A stretch of DNA of 63,788 nucleotides, the filler included, from Cercozoa sp. M6MM (taxonomy: Eukaryota; Protista; Endomyxa: Ascetosporea), in assembly GCA_040357565.1 (NCBI GenBank). It is 12 parts of 12 records of this genome, joined end to end, with 100 filler letters (N's around TTAATTAATTAA, not from the genome) between each part and the next. Parts side by side here need not be neighbours in the genome. Positions count along the whole stretch, not along the records: positions 47,992 to 55,239 come from JBDODJ010000641.1; positions 55,340 to 59,602 come from JBDODJ010001188.1; positions 59,703 to 62,330 come from JBDODJ010001729.1; positions 62,431 to 63,788 come from JBDODJ010002049.1; 8 more parts are not named here. One strand, given 5' to 3'. The stretch's first letter is position 1, and the number at the start of each line of letters is the position of its first letter. The notes under the pieces are model-generated. The model saw only the letters and a list, made by a program, of their open reading frames with translations, searched no databases and was not told where the DNA came from. The position numbers and the translations under genes were made by a program. This document shows, in pieces, positions 52,576 to 63,788 of the stretch.

Positions 52576-53692
52576 TAAGTGAGCATATACACCAGACCCG
52601 TTTCCGTAAGTTTACGTTGCTTGATCAACGGTGTAGTTGATCTGACATCTTTAGTTGAGCTGTGATGGGTTCAATTTGAGGTTCTGTAAATTTAGGTGTG
52701 GTCATACTGGTGGTCAATTTGTGTGTGAGCGTTTGGGCGTTTGGAGTGTCATTTGCCATCTGGGGGAACTGGCATCGCGAGAATTTTGTTGTGATGCAAG
52801 CGCTGGGTACTGACAAAATACTCAGTTTCCCAGGTTCACACTTTTGTTGCGAAGTCACGGCTGAAGTATTGCTGATTCTGATGATCCTGTGCTGTGGTAC
52901 AGTATCTGTCTTGTGTCACCTGCGCGACTGACGTTGCTGTTTTGGCGTTTTGATGTCAGGCACGCTCGTGTTTCGAAAAAGCCTTAAAACACTCAAGGAT
53001 ATGGTGACGACAATTCCAAGACCGATTGGCTTTTGATCACAATCGTTCTTGTTGCTCTGACATTGGCGGCCAGGTACAATTCAACGAACACACAATTGTA
53101 TCCATGGAGCGACATTTAAAGGCGTGCACGTTTGGGCCTTTTTGCATGTGTCCACGTTGCGGTAAAACTGTACCACCGATGCATGTCTGGATTCAACTGA
53201 CATGTGTACACCCCCCCTCCCTTTCCAGAAGTGAACCAATCTCCAAAGAAGCCGCTCTCTCTATTCCTTCGTAAACCTTGTTCTTTCTACCTTCAAATTT
53301 TACTGCAGATATTGGGCACTAACATCGTATCCTGTATGAAAAAACAGACCGACTGCTTGGTCCCCCATTCAATGTTTACTCACCATCGCTAACCTATTCT
53401 TGCACGGTACAGTCAATTCTCCTGCAAATGCGTCACATAGTGGAGGTTTCTTTACTATGGGTGGTGTTCTTGCGCCGGATTCTGAACGTTGTCGATGCCA
53501 GATGCCGTAACTTCGAAGTCGACAGGAACAAGGTTTCCGTTGTTCGTGTAATCCCTCATGTCTGGAGGAATCCGAGGAAACGCACCAGCAGAACCCTGTC
53601 CTTATCCAAGGCCGATGCTCACCACGATCCGGGAAAGCGGGAAAACGACCGAGAAAGTCAAAAATAAACTGATAGGCTTAGTTGTCTTAGAC

Positions 53693-53779
53693 GAAGCCAA
53701 CAAGTAGTTCTCGCCGGTCCGGGTGGGTCACGCGAAGAGCACGGTCGTGTCTACTACCGCCCGCGTAGTAGTTGGTTTC
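53693..53779 (+). repeat. Dispersed intergenic hairpin element, copy B
   Basis: GAAGCCAACAAGTAGTTCTCGCCGGTCCGGGTGGGTCACGCGAAGAGCACGGTCGTGTCTACTACCGCCCGCGTAGTAGTTGGTTTC; pairs GAAGCCAAC/GTTGGTTTC, GGGTGG/CCGCCC and CACG/CGTG. Confidence 0.65.
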
Positions 53780-54168
53780 TTAGTAGTGTTACTGCACACT
53801 TTCAGTAGTCAATGCGACCCAAGTTTGGACTTGTCCAGCCTCTTTTCCATTGCTGATTGGGCCATTGAGCCGCGGCCACAGCCTGAGTAGACTGAACTAA
53901 CTAGCGGGAACCCACCCCTTTCGGGCGGCCCAATTTTTGAGCCAGGAGGAAATGATCACAGCTTGGGCCCCAAAGTACCTTGATTAAACCGCTAAACGTG
54001 TTCAGTAGTGTGTGACACTAGTTTAGGTGTTATTGTAGTCAATGAAGCTAGTATTTGTTCGGACTTGAGTTTATATTTGTTTTTCCCGCCCGAGGCACCC
54101 ACGTGTCTAGATTTCTGGATGTGTTGTTGTTGTATTTTGATTAAATAATGTTCTTTTTGAACGTAAAA

Positions 54169-54605
54169 CTATTGGTGTTGTTGCCCTTCTATTATAGCGT
54201 CAATTTGTGCATCGGCAAGTCGTTTAAATGCCTGCTCGGAAGCTCGCCGACGAGGTCGCTGCTGGTCGGCATTGAATCTGTCATGTACTTGAAGAATGGC
54301 GACCTCCTCCAGGTATGGATCCTGCTGCATGAAGCGTCTCAGTCGACGCCGTCTGCGTGGGCGAGGATTCTGTGTACATGAGGGTGTCAATGGTTCTAGA
54401 AATGGTTGTTCTGTGGGGAAAGTACGTCATCACTGCGCTCGAGGGCGTCTTCTTCGTCTGCCAAAGCAAGCACCTGATCGACGAACTTCTGGTCCAGTGC
54501 ATCCAGCTCTGTCACGAGAAGGCCGGCTTTCAGGTACGAGCTGCGCTGGAGCCGAATGCCCTGCACAGACAACTCAAATGTCGTGGCGGCGGTGGTGGTG
54601 GTGGT

Positions 54606-54637
<32 letters not shown>

Positions 54638-54737
54638 NNNNNNNNNNNNNNNNNNNNNNNNNNNNNNNNNNNNNNNNNNNNNNNNNNNNNNNNNNNNNNN
54701 NNNNNNNNNNNNNNNNNNNNNNNNNNNNNNNNNNNNN

Positions 54738-54784
<47 letters not shown>

Positions 54785-55239
54785 CTATGCACCTGAGTGA
54801 AGAGGCAAAACAAGGCACGTTCCCACACAAAGCGCTTGCGTTTCCGTTTTTGTTGAACCGTCTGACTGCGCGTGTCAAGGAATCGCGTCAAAAATGTGAC
54901 GTCGTGGTCTTGCTCGCCAATTCGGAATCCAAGCGACGCATTGCGCATCCACTGCGCAAAGTTGATGGTGAGAGCGATGCTGGTAGGGTCTGTGACGCCT
55001 TTCGTCAGCACCAGCTCACTCAACAAGCGGCGCACGTGACTGTGTCCGCCCTCGGTGCTGTTGGTGTTCACCTTTTTGGTATCGCCACAGGTCGAGGCTT
55101 TCACCCACTCGACACGATGGTTCACCGACTCAAGTACAGACGCAAGGTCCTCCGGCGTCACCATGTCGACTGCACTGCCCTTCATCTCGGCGATGATCTC
55201 ACGCATTGCCTTCGGGTAGGCCTTCCACGAGTCGCTACA
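54169..55239 (-). CDS. Second Merlin / IS1595(ISXO2)-like DDE transposase homologue, C-terminal part with extension (5' truncated)
   Basis: The contig edge reads CSDSWKAYPKAM...LESVNHRVEWV...KVNTNSTEGGHSHVRR...PTSIALTINFAQWMRN, aligning with TDKWRAY...CNHS...HINSAEGMHSVGKR...PSDVCLAIKALQWFMN of the first copy. Two GT-AG introns; stop TAG at 54171-54169. Confidence 0.8.
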
Positions 55240-55339
55240 NNNNNNNNNNNNNNNNNNNNNNNNNNNNNNNNNNNNNNNNNNNNTTAATTAATTAANNNNN
55301 NNNNNNNNNNNNNNNNNNNNNNNNNNNNNNNNNNNNNNN

Positions 55340-56176
55340 AGAGAACATTGTGCTCGCGGCAGAGCTTGTTGACACGCACGCACTCCCCCCGGGGCGCGGC
55401 GGCGCGAGCGGGGGCAAGGGTGGTAAGAGGGTGGAGATAAAACTACCTGCATGGACTGGTTGCACATCACAACGACACTGAACTGACGCACTACGAAGGG
55501 AGAGGTAAAACGGGGGTAAATGGGAGGGTAGGGGTAAAGGTACAGAAGGCAGCATCGATCTGCGACTGCGTCGACACTGACACCTCGACGTAACTGTTCA
55601 GTTCGGCCAACTGCTCCAAGCACGCCTGCGCGCGCGGCGTACCTGTACGGGGGGTGTAAACGGGAAAAGTAGGTAGGGGAGGGGGGTTAGATACCCTCAT
55701 TGACATGCTTGGGCGTCAGGTAGAAGTTCGTGCCGAGGTCCTGGATCCTGGCGGCCTCGTTGTCCAGGAGCGTCACTGACTTCGGACCTGGGGGGCGGGG
55801 GGTAAAGGCGGGTGGGTAAAGGCGGGTAAAAGGGTAAAGGTATAAAGGGGTGAGAAGGGATAGGAGGGGGTGAACGGGGTCAGGGCTAAAGGGGTAAAGC
55901 CGCAAATACCGGCCAGAATGACGTTCTTGGCAGCCTCGACGCCAATGCCGCGCAGACCGACAATCAGTACGCGCAGCTGCACCAGCTTGCCCATGGTTTC
56001 GACACCATAGGCACTGCATACCACAACGCATCCTTAACTGGTACACTTGGTATAACCCGTGGTACAATGAAAGAAACGTACCCGATCTGACGCGAGTACA
56101 GGTTCATGTCAATGTTCGACTCCGAGGCCGACACCGACTCCGAGTCAATCGAATCTGACATGGGCTGCTGTGACAT
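55340..56176 (-). CDS. UBA1: Ubiquitin-activating enzyme E1, N-terminal part
   Basis: IDMNLYSRQI|GAYGVETMGKL, VLIVGLRGIGVEAAKNVILA|GPKSVTLLD, DLGTNFYL, RAQACLEQLAELNSYV. Confidence 0.95.
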
Positions 56177-56659
56177 TTAGATTCTTCTTGCTCTTTCGAT
56201 CTACGCAAAACCGAAATCGTCTGCAAAATACACTTTCCTCGTTCGAGCAACTTTCGTGGAAGAACAAAATCGAAGAAAAAACTTGTCTCTTGCTCTCGCG
56301 CCCTAAGACACGAATCTTACCTGCTTGGGTGTACAAGCTCAGGACTGAGAGAACAGAACAGTTCAGTACAAATAGAGAAAACAGCTCAGGCTGCTTGCTG
56401 GCAGAGCTATCGACTCAAGTTCTGAGCCGGATTGCAGAAACTGTCGGGCTCACCACTTGTGAACCAAAACACTACTGCAGCAGCAGGCGGCCTCACACGC
56501 TGTGGGACAACTGTTAGGTGGCCAGATTGATTTCCACGGTGGTTAGGTTCTCCTGTAGGCCAAAAACGTGCACAGGTCGCACCGAGCGAAAGGCAAAAGG
56601 CGGCAAAGTCGCTCATTTGGTCGTGCGCACGACTGCCACGAGTGCCTTTACTGATACAC

Positions 56660-58578
56660 ATGTCTTTTCTGCTGCGTCGATTGCGCAGCAGCACGTCATT
56701 GTCGCCTCGAAAGACAAGTAAAGCCCAGGCTCAGTTTGCCCAAGACTGTCTCGCTGCAATGATTGTTTGGTTGCTCTAGGGGACAACAAAGGCGATGATA
56801 GCTTTGACGAGTCAGGCCCGCGTCATGCTGATGTCAGTTCCTTCTCTCTGTTTCTGCTATTCCGTTTTGTTGGTATCTGTTGTGCCTGCAGGCGGAAGCG
56901 GCGAACGCGGAAGCTACGTCGACGTTGCGCGACTTGAGGTCGCATTTCAACGAGCGGAAGCAGCGCGACGAGTTGCACCTGCGTGACTTTGAGATTATTA
57001 ACACTCTCGGCACTGGCACTTTTGGTACTTTGAGCACCCTCCACCTGTGGGATACATCACGCACATGTGTCGTTTGCCCAGGCCGCGTGTGTGCTGTCAA
57101 GTACCGTCACAACTTGCCTGTCGACGGCCACAGTCGGTATGTTGTGTTGTGTCCTTCCCTTTTCTATTCTGAACAAAGTGTGTGCATGATTCTGGGTAGT
57201 GTGTTTGCGCTGAAGAAGATGCAGAAGGCAAAGATTCTGCAGCTAAAGCAACTGGATCACATTCGCGACGAGAAAGCCGTGCTGGAGGAGATCGATCATC
57301 CACTGTACGCACCTACAGTTTGACCTGTCAGTTTGCCGTGTCTAGTCAGTACTCTTTGAGCTGCACAGGGTGGTGCAGTACATTGTCAGCTGGACCGACG
57401 AATTCCACGTGTTCATGCTGATGGAGTTTATCGTGGGAGGCGAGCTGTTCACCTTCCTGCGTCAGTCGGGTCGTTTCTCGGTAGCACACTCGCTTCTGTC
57501 TGTTGGTTTCCCTTACTTATATTATGTGTGCTTGCAGAAAGACATCGCTCGCTTCTACGCGGCGGAACTGGTGCTGGTGCTCGAATACCTGCACGCGAGG
57601 CAACTCATCTATCGCGACTTGAGTATGTTCGCTCTCTGACTTATGTCTTGACTTAAACACGTGTTCAATTGCTGTAGAGCCGGAAAATCTTTTGATCAAT
57701 CGAAACGGGCATTTAAAAGTTGTGGACTTTGGCTTCTGCAAGAAGGTGCCCGAGAAGACTTACACGCTATGCGGAACGCCCGAGTACCTGGCACCCGAGA
57801 TCATTGATGGCAAGATTGGCCACTCTTTCCAGGTGAGCGTTCTTGTAGTCCGTATCTGCTGAGTTTGAGTTTTGACTAACACGAACACGTGTGTGTGTGT
57901 GTGTGTGTGTGCTCTAGGTCGACTGGTGGGCTTTAGGCATTCTTCTGTACGAGATGCTGTGCGGCTTCCCGCCATTCTACGATGTAAACAAGGTTTTCGG
58001 CTTTCGACCCGTTTTTGCACTGATCGATGAATTGGCTGTTTGCTCGATTCTGTTAGGAGAATCCTTTCAAAATCTACGAAAAGATCGTTAAAGGCACCTT
58101 CAAGTACCCGAAACACGTCGATAGCTCAAGTCGTGACTTGATCAACAAATTGCTCCGCGCGGATGTCACCAGACGTCTTGGCTGTGGTCGAGGGTAGCGT
58201 TTGGTTTATTTTTAATTTACTGTATTGTGAGTGTGTGTGTGCACCTGGTAGGGGAGTTGACGAAATCAAGAAGCACAAGTTCTTCAAAGGCATTGACTGG
58301 TGCGCTGTCTTCTCTGTTGGTTTCCTGGTTTGTCTGTCCAGTTGATCGACCTTTTTGAGATGTTGCAGGCAAAGTCACCACACCTGGTTGCCGCCAAACA
58401 TTCCGCAAATCACGGTAAAGCGTTGTCTTATCCTTCCGTAAGCAGTGGATGTGTACTGTGTGGCGTTTAACAGGGACCCGACGATACTCGGTGCTTCGAG
58501 CGCTACCCCGACGAGGACCCGACGGTGTCGCCGCCGTATGTGCGTCCGATGGACCAGCAATTGTTTGATGAGTTTTGA
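56660..58578 (+). CDS. cAMP-dependent protein kinase catalytic subunit (PKA-C/PRKX-like), about 13 exons
   Basis: LGTGTFG|[23 protein letters not shown]|[45 protein letters not shown]-terminal FDEF*. Confidence 0.95.
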
Positions 58579-58968
58579 TTTTACTCAAGCGAGCGCCTTC
58601 CTGTCTCCGAGTCGTCCGGTCGCATTGAGTCTTTGCGTTTGCTTGTTGTTGGCTACGTCCGGTCGTGTTGTTCCCTGCGCTGTCGTGCTTGCTTTACTGC
58701 CTTGCCTTTGTGTTTGTATCTCGTATTATTCCTACCCTTCCGCTTATTACCCTTCCGTTCCGGCGGTGCGCGTGTCAGCGGTCAAGTTAGCTAGCACTAG
58801 CGTACAGTAGGAGACTCAACGAACTGCGACTGGGAACGAGCAGTAGCCGGTTGAAGTGTCTTTCTAAAATAATCTCCCTCATTTCTCGATGCAATTCTAG
58901 AACGATCTAGACCCCCTGTCTCCCGAAACCACGGTTGATAAAAAAGCGAAGCAAACCCGGCACGGCTA

Positions 58969-59546
58969 CTACGCGGTGGCGGCCTCGGCCTTCTTCTTGA
59001 AGCCGCGCTTGCCGCCGCGTCGCGTGCGAGTGCGCTTGTTTTTCTGCGTCAAGGTGCAAGATAAAAAGATCACTTCATGTTAGTTAAGGGTGCGTACGCT
59101 CTTGTCGGCACCGTCGGCCGCCGGCTTTCGCTGCTGTCGGAAACGCGTGTTGTTCCTGTTGTTGCTGTTCCAGTTGTTTTTGTTTCTGTTGTTGTTGTTT
59201 CTGTGGTGTTGTTGGTGCTGCTGGCGGCGTTTCTTGCGCGCAGGTTCGGCGACGGCGTTGTCGTCGTTTTTCTGCGTCGCTTCTTCTTCTTCTTGCGGCT
59301 GCTGCAATTGGCGCAGTCGCTTCTTCTTATTCCTCTGCGGAGGGAGGGGTAAGAGGGTAAGAGGGATATAGGGGGGAGGGGGTAAAAACAGTGTACGTGG
59401 TTGGCGCGACGCTCCATGTTCTGCGCAATGTAGTCGGCGTCCTCGCGGTAGGGCGCGAGCTTTTTCATCGACACGTGCTTGGCCAGTGTCTTGTTGTCGG
59501 CCTCGATGATCTGCTCGGCCGTCATGCCGTAGCCACTGGCACGTAC
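58969..59546 (-). CDS. KRI1: KRI1-like ribosome biogenesis protein, C-terminal part
   Basis: GYGMTAEQIIEADNKTLAKHVSMKKLAPYRE matches the Kri1_C pattern; basic K/R-rich tail. Confidence 0.75.
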
Positions 59547-59702
59547 CTAGAGGGTAGGCGGGTAAGGGGGTAATGGGGTGGGGTGGGGGGGGGGGGTAAA
59601 AANNNNNNNNNNNNNNNNNNNNNNNNNNNNNNNNNNNNNNNNNNNNTTAATTAATTAANNNNNNNNNNNNNNNNNNNNNNNNNNNNNNNNNNNNNNNNNN
59701 NN

Positions 59703-62330
59703 AAGGGGGTTAAACCGTGCCACTCGTCACTGCCGTCCACGGCGACTCTGTCGTCTTTCTATTAAGGAAGCAGGGGGAGGGGTAAGAGGGGCAAGGGGAG
59801 GTAGATGTATGTACGTGTTGGTGCCGGTGCCGGGCTGCAGTGCCTCGGCCTCCTCGTGCTGCTCAACCTCGTGCCGCACCGTGAGCTGCGCGCGTCGCCG
59901 GTGCGCGTGATCGATCGCATCCGACAACCGTCGTTTCTACAGAGTGACCCGACCACCCAGTATCCACGTGACCCAGTCAGAGTGACCACGTGTGACTCAC
60001 TGTACCCGAAGGATGACGCGTCGTCCACGTGCCAGCAACAAATGTCGTTGCCTCGTCTCCTCTACACACATACACAATTAAGACTGCATTTTTGAAAGGG
60101 CTAGCATATCTCAATTAAGGGGGTAGCATGTCCAGGTTAAGAGGGCGCCCCTACCTGCATGTGTGCGCAGCAGTGCCGTACGCAATTGCAGCTGTCTCTG
60201 CGGGAGGGGTAAAAAGGTAGGGGGTAAAAGGGGTAGGCGGCTAAGGCGTTGGGGGATAAGGGAGTAAGGAGTAGGAAGGGGGAAGGGGTAGGAAGGGGAA
60301 GGGTAGAAGGGGAAGGGTAATGAGGGGGTAAAGCCCTACGGTGCGCTGACGCGCCTGTCGAAGCAGCGAGTGCGCCAATCGCAGCGCCGGCTGCTCGCTC
60401 GTTGTGTCGCGATCACTATACCCCACAACCGTCCCTTACTCACCCAGTCACCCAGTCACTCAGTCACTCACTCAACGGGATCAATTAACACCTTCCCCAC
60501 GTGCCAACCCAGTCAGAAAAATACACTGTGGAGCGACGTCGCCGACGCGCGCGAACAAAATCGCCGCGGCAGAACGCAACGGCTTGCAGCGTCGCGCTGG
60601 GGGGGGGGGGTTAAAGGGTAAGAGGGGCGGGGGTAAAGGGTAAGAGGGAGGGGGGTAAAGTACCGACACGCGTACGGATAGGCGCGCGCGCAGCGCGTCA
60701 GCATTTCGCGGTAGTGCCGTTCCTCACTGGCATCCTCACTACACAGCAGGCACACACACGTGGCGCACACGTGACACACACATGTCACACTCACTGATCG
60801 ATCAGTGATCACTTTGCAGTGGACCAGTCAGACACGTGGTACAGGTTCTCCTTGCGCAGAGTCAGCAGACGCGTGTGCGCACTCAGAATGCGCCAGTCGT
60901 CCGGTCGCACCTCGGCGCATTCCAATGGAAAATCTGGGGGTGGGGGTAGGGGTAAAGGTGTGTATGGGGGGGGGGGGGGGGGTAAACACACCAAGCAGAG
61001 CGAGTCGCTTCNNNNNNNNNNAAGGGGGTTAAACCGTGCCACTCGTCACTGCCGTCCACGGCGACTCTGTCGTCTTTCTATTAAGGAAGCAGGGGGAGGG
61101 GTAAGAGGGGCAAGGGGAGGTAGATGTATGTACGTGTTGGTGCCGGTGCCGGGCTGCAGTGCCTCGGCCTCCTCGTGCTGCTCAACCTCGTGCCGCACCG
61201 TGAGCTGCGCGCGTCGCCGGTGCGCGTGATCGATCGCATCCGACAACCGTCGTTTCTACAGAGTGACCCGACCACCCAGTATCCACGTGACCCAGTCAGA
61301 GTGACCACGTGTGACTCACTGTACCCGAAGGATGACGCGTCGTCCACGTGCCAGCAACAAATGTCGTTGCCTCGTCTCCTCTACACACATACACAATTAA
61401 GACTGCATTTTTGAAAGGGCTAGCATATCTCAATTAAGGGGGTAGCATGTCCAGGTTAAGAGGGCGCCCCTACCTGCATGTGTGCGCAGCAGTGCCGTAC
61501 GCAATTGCAGCTGTCTCTGCGGGAGGGGTAAAAAGGTAGGGGGTAAAAGGGGTAGGCGGCTAAGGCGTTGGGGGATAAGGGAGTAAGGAGTAGGAAGGGG
61601 GAAGGGGTAGGAAGGGGAAGGGTAGAAGGGGAAGGGTAATGAGGGGGTAAAGCCCTACGGTGCGCTGACGCGCCTGTCGAAGCAGCGAGTGCGCCAATCG
61701 CAGCGCCGGCTGCTCGCTCGTTGTGTCGCGATCACTATACCCCACAACCGTCCCTTACTCACCCAGTCACCCAGTCACTCAGTCACTCACTCAACGGGAT
61801 CAATTAACACCTTCCCCACGTGCCAACCCAGTCAGAAAAATACACTGTGGAGCGACGTCGCCGACGCGCGCGAACAAAATCGCCGCGGCAGAACGCAACG
61901 GCTTGCAGCGTCGCGCTGGGGGGGGGGGGTTAAAGGGTAAGAGGGGCGGGGGTAAAGGGTAAGAGGGAGGGGGGTAAAGTACCGACACGCGTACGGATAG
62001 GCGCGCGCGCAGCGCGTCAGCATTTCGCGGTAGTGCCGTTCCTCACTGGCATCCTCACTACACAGCAGGCACACACACGTGGCGCACACGTGACACACAC
62101 ATGTCACACTCACTGATCGATCAGTGATCACTTTGCAGTGGACCAGTCAGACACGTGGTACAGGTTCTCCTTGCGCAGAGTCAGCAGACGCGTGTGCGCA
62201 CTCAGAATGCGCCAGTCGTCCGGTCGCACCTCGGCGCATTCCAATGGAAAATCTGGGGGTGGGGGTAGGGGTAAAGGTGTGTATGGGGGGGGGGGGGGGG
62301 GTAAACACACCAAGCAGAGCGAGTCGCTTC
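59703..62330. repeat. Apparently identical 1309-bp tandem duplication (59703-61011 and 61022-62330) across a 10-N gap, carrying an internal fragment of a minus-strand hypothetical gene
   Basis: The ORF sets repeat with an offset of 1319 and even homopolymer lengths match. Confidence 0.93.
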
Positions 62331-62430
62331 NNNNNNNNNNNNNNNNNNNNNNNNNNNNNNNNNNNNNNNNNNNNTTAATTAATTAANNNNNNNNNNNNNN
62401 NNNNNNNNNNNNNNNNNNNNNNNNNNNNNN

Positions 62431-62480
<50 letters not shown>

Positions 62481-62608
62481 TGCTATCGCACAGGCTTTCG
62501 TTGCCGAGCAAATGCTTCTGGACTCCCGTGCTGAGGTGCGTTTACTCTGTGTGTTGAGCATGTGTTTTGGGAGTCAGACACTTGTGGCACACCAACGTTG
62601 GCATGTAG

Positions 62609-63142
62609 ATGTCGGCCAAGAGACCCGAGGAGTTCCTCTCGCCGGGTGAGGACATCGAGCGCCATGACCTGAACGATCTCGCCAAGATTCCGTTCCGTGT
62701 GCAACGCATGCGACGTGTGCGCGACTTGGTCGAAAGCTTCCAGACGGACGGTATCTCCATCTCGCTATATCACCACACTGCGTGTGCATGTGCATGTGCA
62801 TGTGCATGTGCCTGTGTAAACACTTGAGTCTTTTCTGGGGGGTTCGAGCAGGCTTGGACCCGGCGCAGGTGGAGGCTTCGCCGCTTGGCGGTTTCTCCAA
62901 TGTCGAGGAAGCCAAGGAGTTCCTTGAGCGCTTCCAGCGCGTACCACTCACTCTGCCCGTGTTTCCTCCTTTTATTGAGCGTGCGATTATGTATTTGTGC
63001 ACAGGAGCACCCCTACGCGGCGCGCAAGCTGCAGGAGATGCAGGCTCTCGCTCAGAAGCGCATGGAAAGCACAGCCAACATCGACATGGACGCGCTCGAC
63101 GAGGAGAGTCAGAAGAAAATGCGGGAGGTGCACGGCGCTTAA
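62609..63142 (+). CDS. Small hypothetical helical protein (3 exons seen; may be 5' truncated)
   Basis: MSAKRPEEFLSPGEDIERHDLNDLAKIPFRVQRMRRVRDLVESFQTD|GLDPAQVEASPLGGFSNVEEAKEFLERFQR|EHPYAARKLQEM...VHGA*. Confidence 0.6.
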
Positions 63143-63788
63143 ACGAGACGTTCAGCGCTCTCTCCCAGCGCCCCAACATGTTCTAGGCCAAAACCGACTC
63201 TAAATTTTATCTGGGAATTACCGTTAAGCGAAATTCCTGATCAGCACTCAACAGGGCGGGTACGGAAAATTCCGATCAGCACGCGCTGTAGCATCAGGTG
63301 GCACTAAAAACGAAAAAGAGTGCCCATGGTGCGGTCTGTGTGAACCGTGCTCCATTCCGATGACCTTGCCCGCCGATTGGTCGCGGAAAGTCGAACTTCT
63401 GGTATGTCGGAAGCAAACTTCTACGGCGTTATGGAAAGAAACGCGTCAATTTCTCATGTATGATTTTATACGTCAGCTAAGACAACTGATTCTGTCTTGT
63501 ATTTATGTGCATAACGACAAGCAGAAAGAACGAGATCAGCTTTGATGAAATCCAGCCGTTCGCGCAGCAGTTCATCACACAAGGTGATGCGAACGTTTCG
63601 GTATGAGGGAACAACTCGCTAGGCACTGTTGTAGTGTTCCTTTGATGTACTGACGTTTTTTAGGGAGCCCTGGTGCGCGAACTAATCATTGCACCCTACG
63701 TCCATAGATTCAAGCGAGAGGGTATCCAAAAGTTCAAGGGGGGGGGGGGGAACGGAACCAAAATTTCCTTTTTTCAAAAAAGGCCCTT

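Noticed and set aside
47494-53779. Copies A and B as terminal inverted repeats of one large element
   Set aside because: They lie on different contigs, separated by the linker at 47892-47991, and are too diverged to be paired TIRs.
53780-53945. U4, U5 or other known snRNA, based on AATTTTTGA
   Set aside because: No U5 loop 1, U6-pairing or U2 branch-recognition sequence is visible; kept only as an unassigned structured candidate.

Overview
This window is not one contiguous locus. It is 12 short contigs or scaffolds from a gene-dense eukaryotic (protist-like) genome, joined by an artificial linker (N44-TTAATTAATTAA-N44), so adjacency across linkers means nothing. Genes use the standard code and have many small GT-AG introns (mostly about 45-70 nt), often filled with C-rich TACCCC-like tracts or (CA)n/(TG)n/(TA)n microsatellites. 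Recognisable genes after manual splicing: a divergent SUMO, a WD40-like protein, a FabG/CBR4-like SDR, WDR70, a Mip/FKBP fragment, CAF-1 p60, a secreted M28 aminopeptidase, an SLC6 symporter, MoeA/gephyrin-E, an IDE-like M16A peptidase, Sec24, cytochrome c, RPC2, a CobW/ZNG1 C-terminus, a C2H2 zinc-finger protein, UBA1, a PKA catalytic subunit and a KRI1 C-terminus. Three things stand out. (1) An apparently intact Merlin/IS1595(ISXO2)-type DDE transposase split by at least 7 introns, with an upstream array of nine 12-bp palindromes (ACTTCTAGAAGT) running to a probable terminus. (2) A second, highly divergent intron-containing transposase of the same family with a C-terminal extension. (3) A dispersed family of about 70-100-nt intergenic hairpin elements (3 clear and 3 weaker copies) that share a lead motif and keep their pairing despite sequence change; these are candidate small structured RNAs, 3'-end elements or an old MITE/SINE. 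All calls come from reading the sequence by eye; no searches were run.
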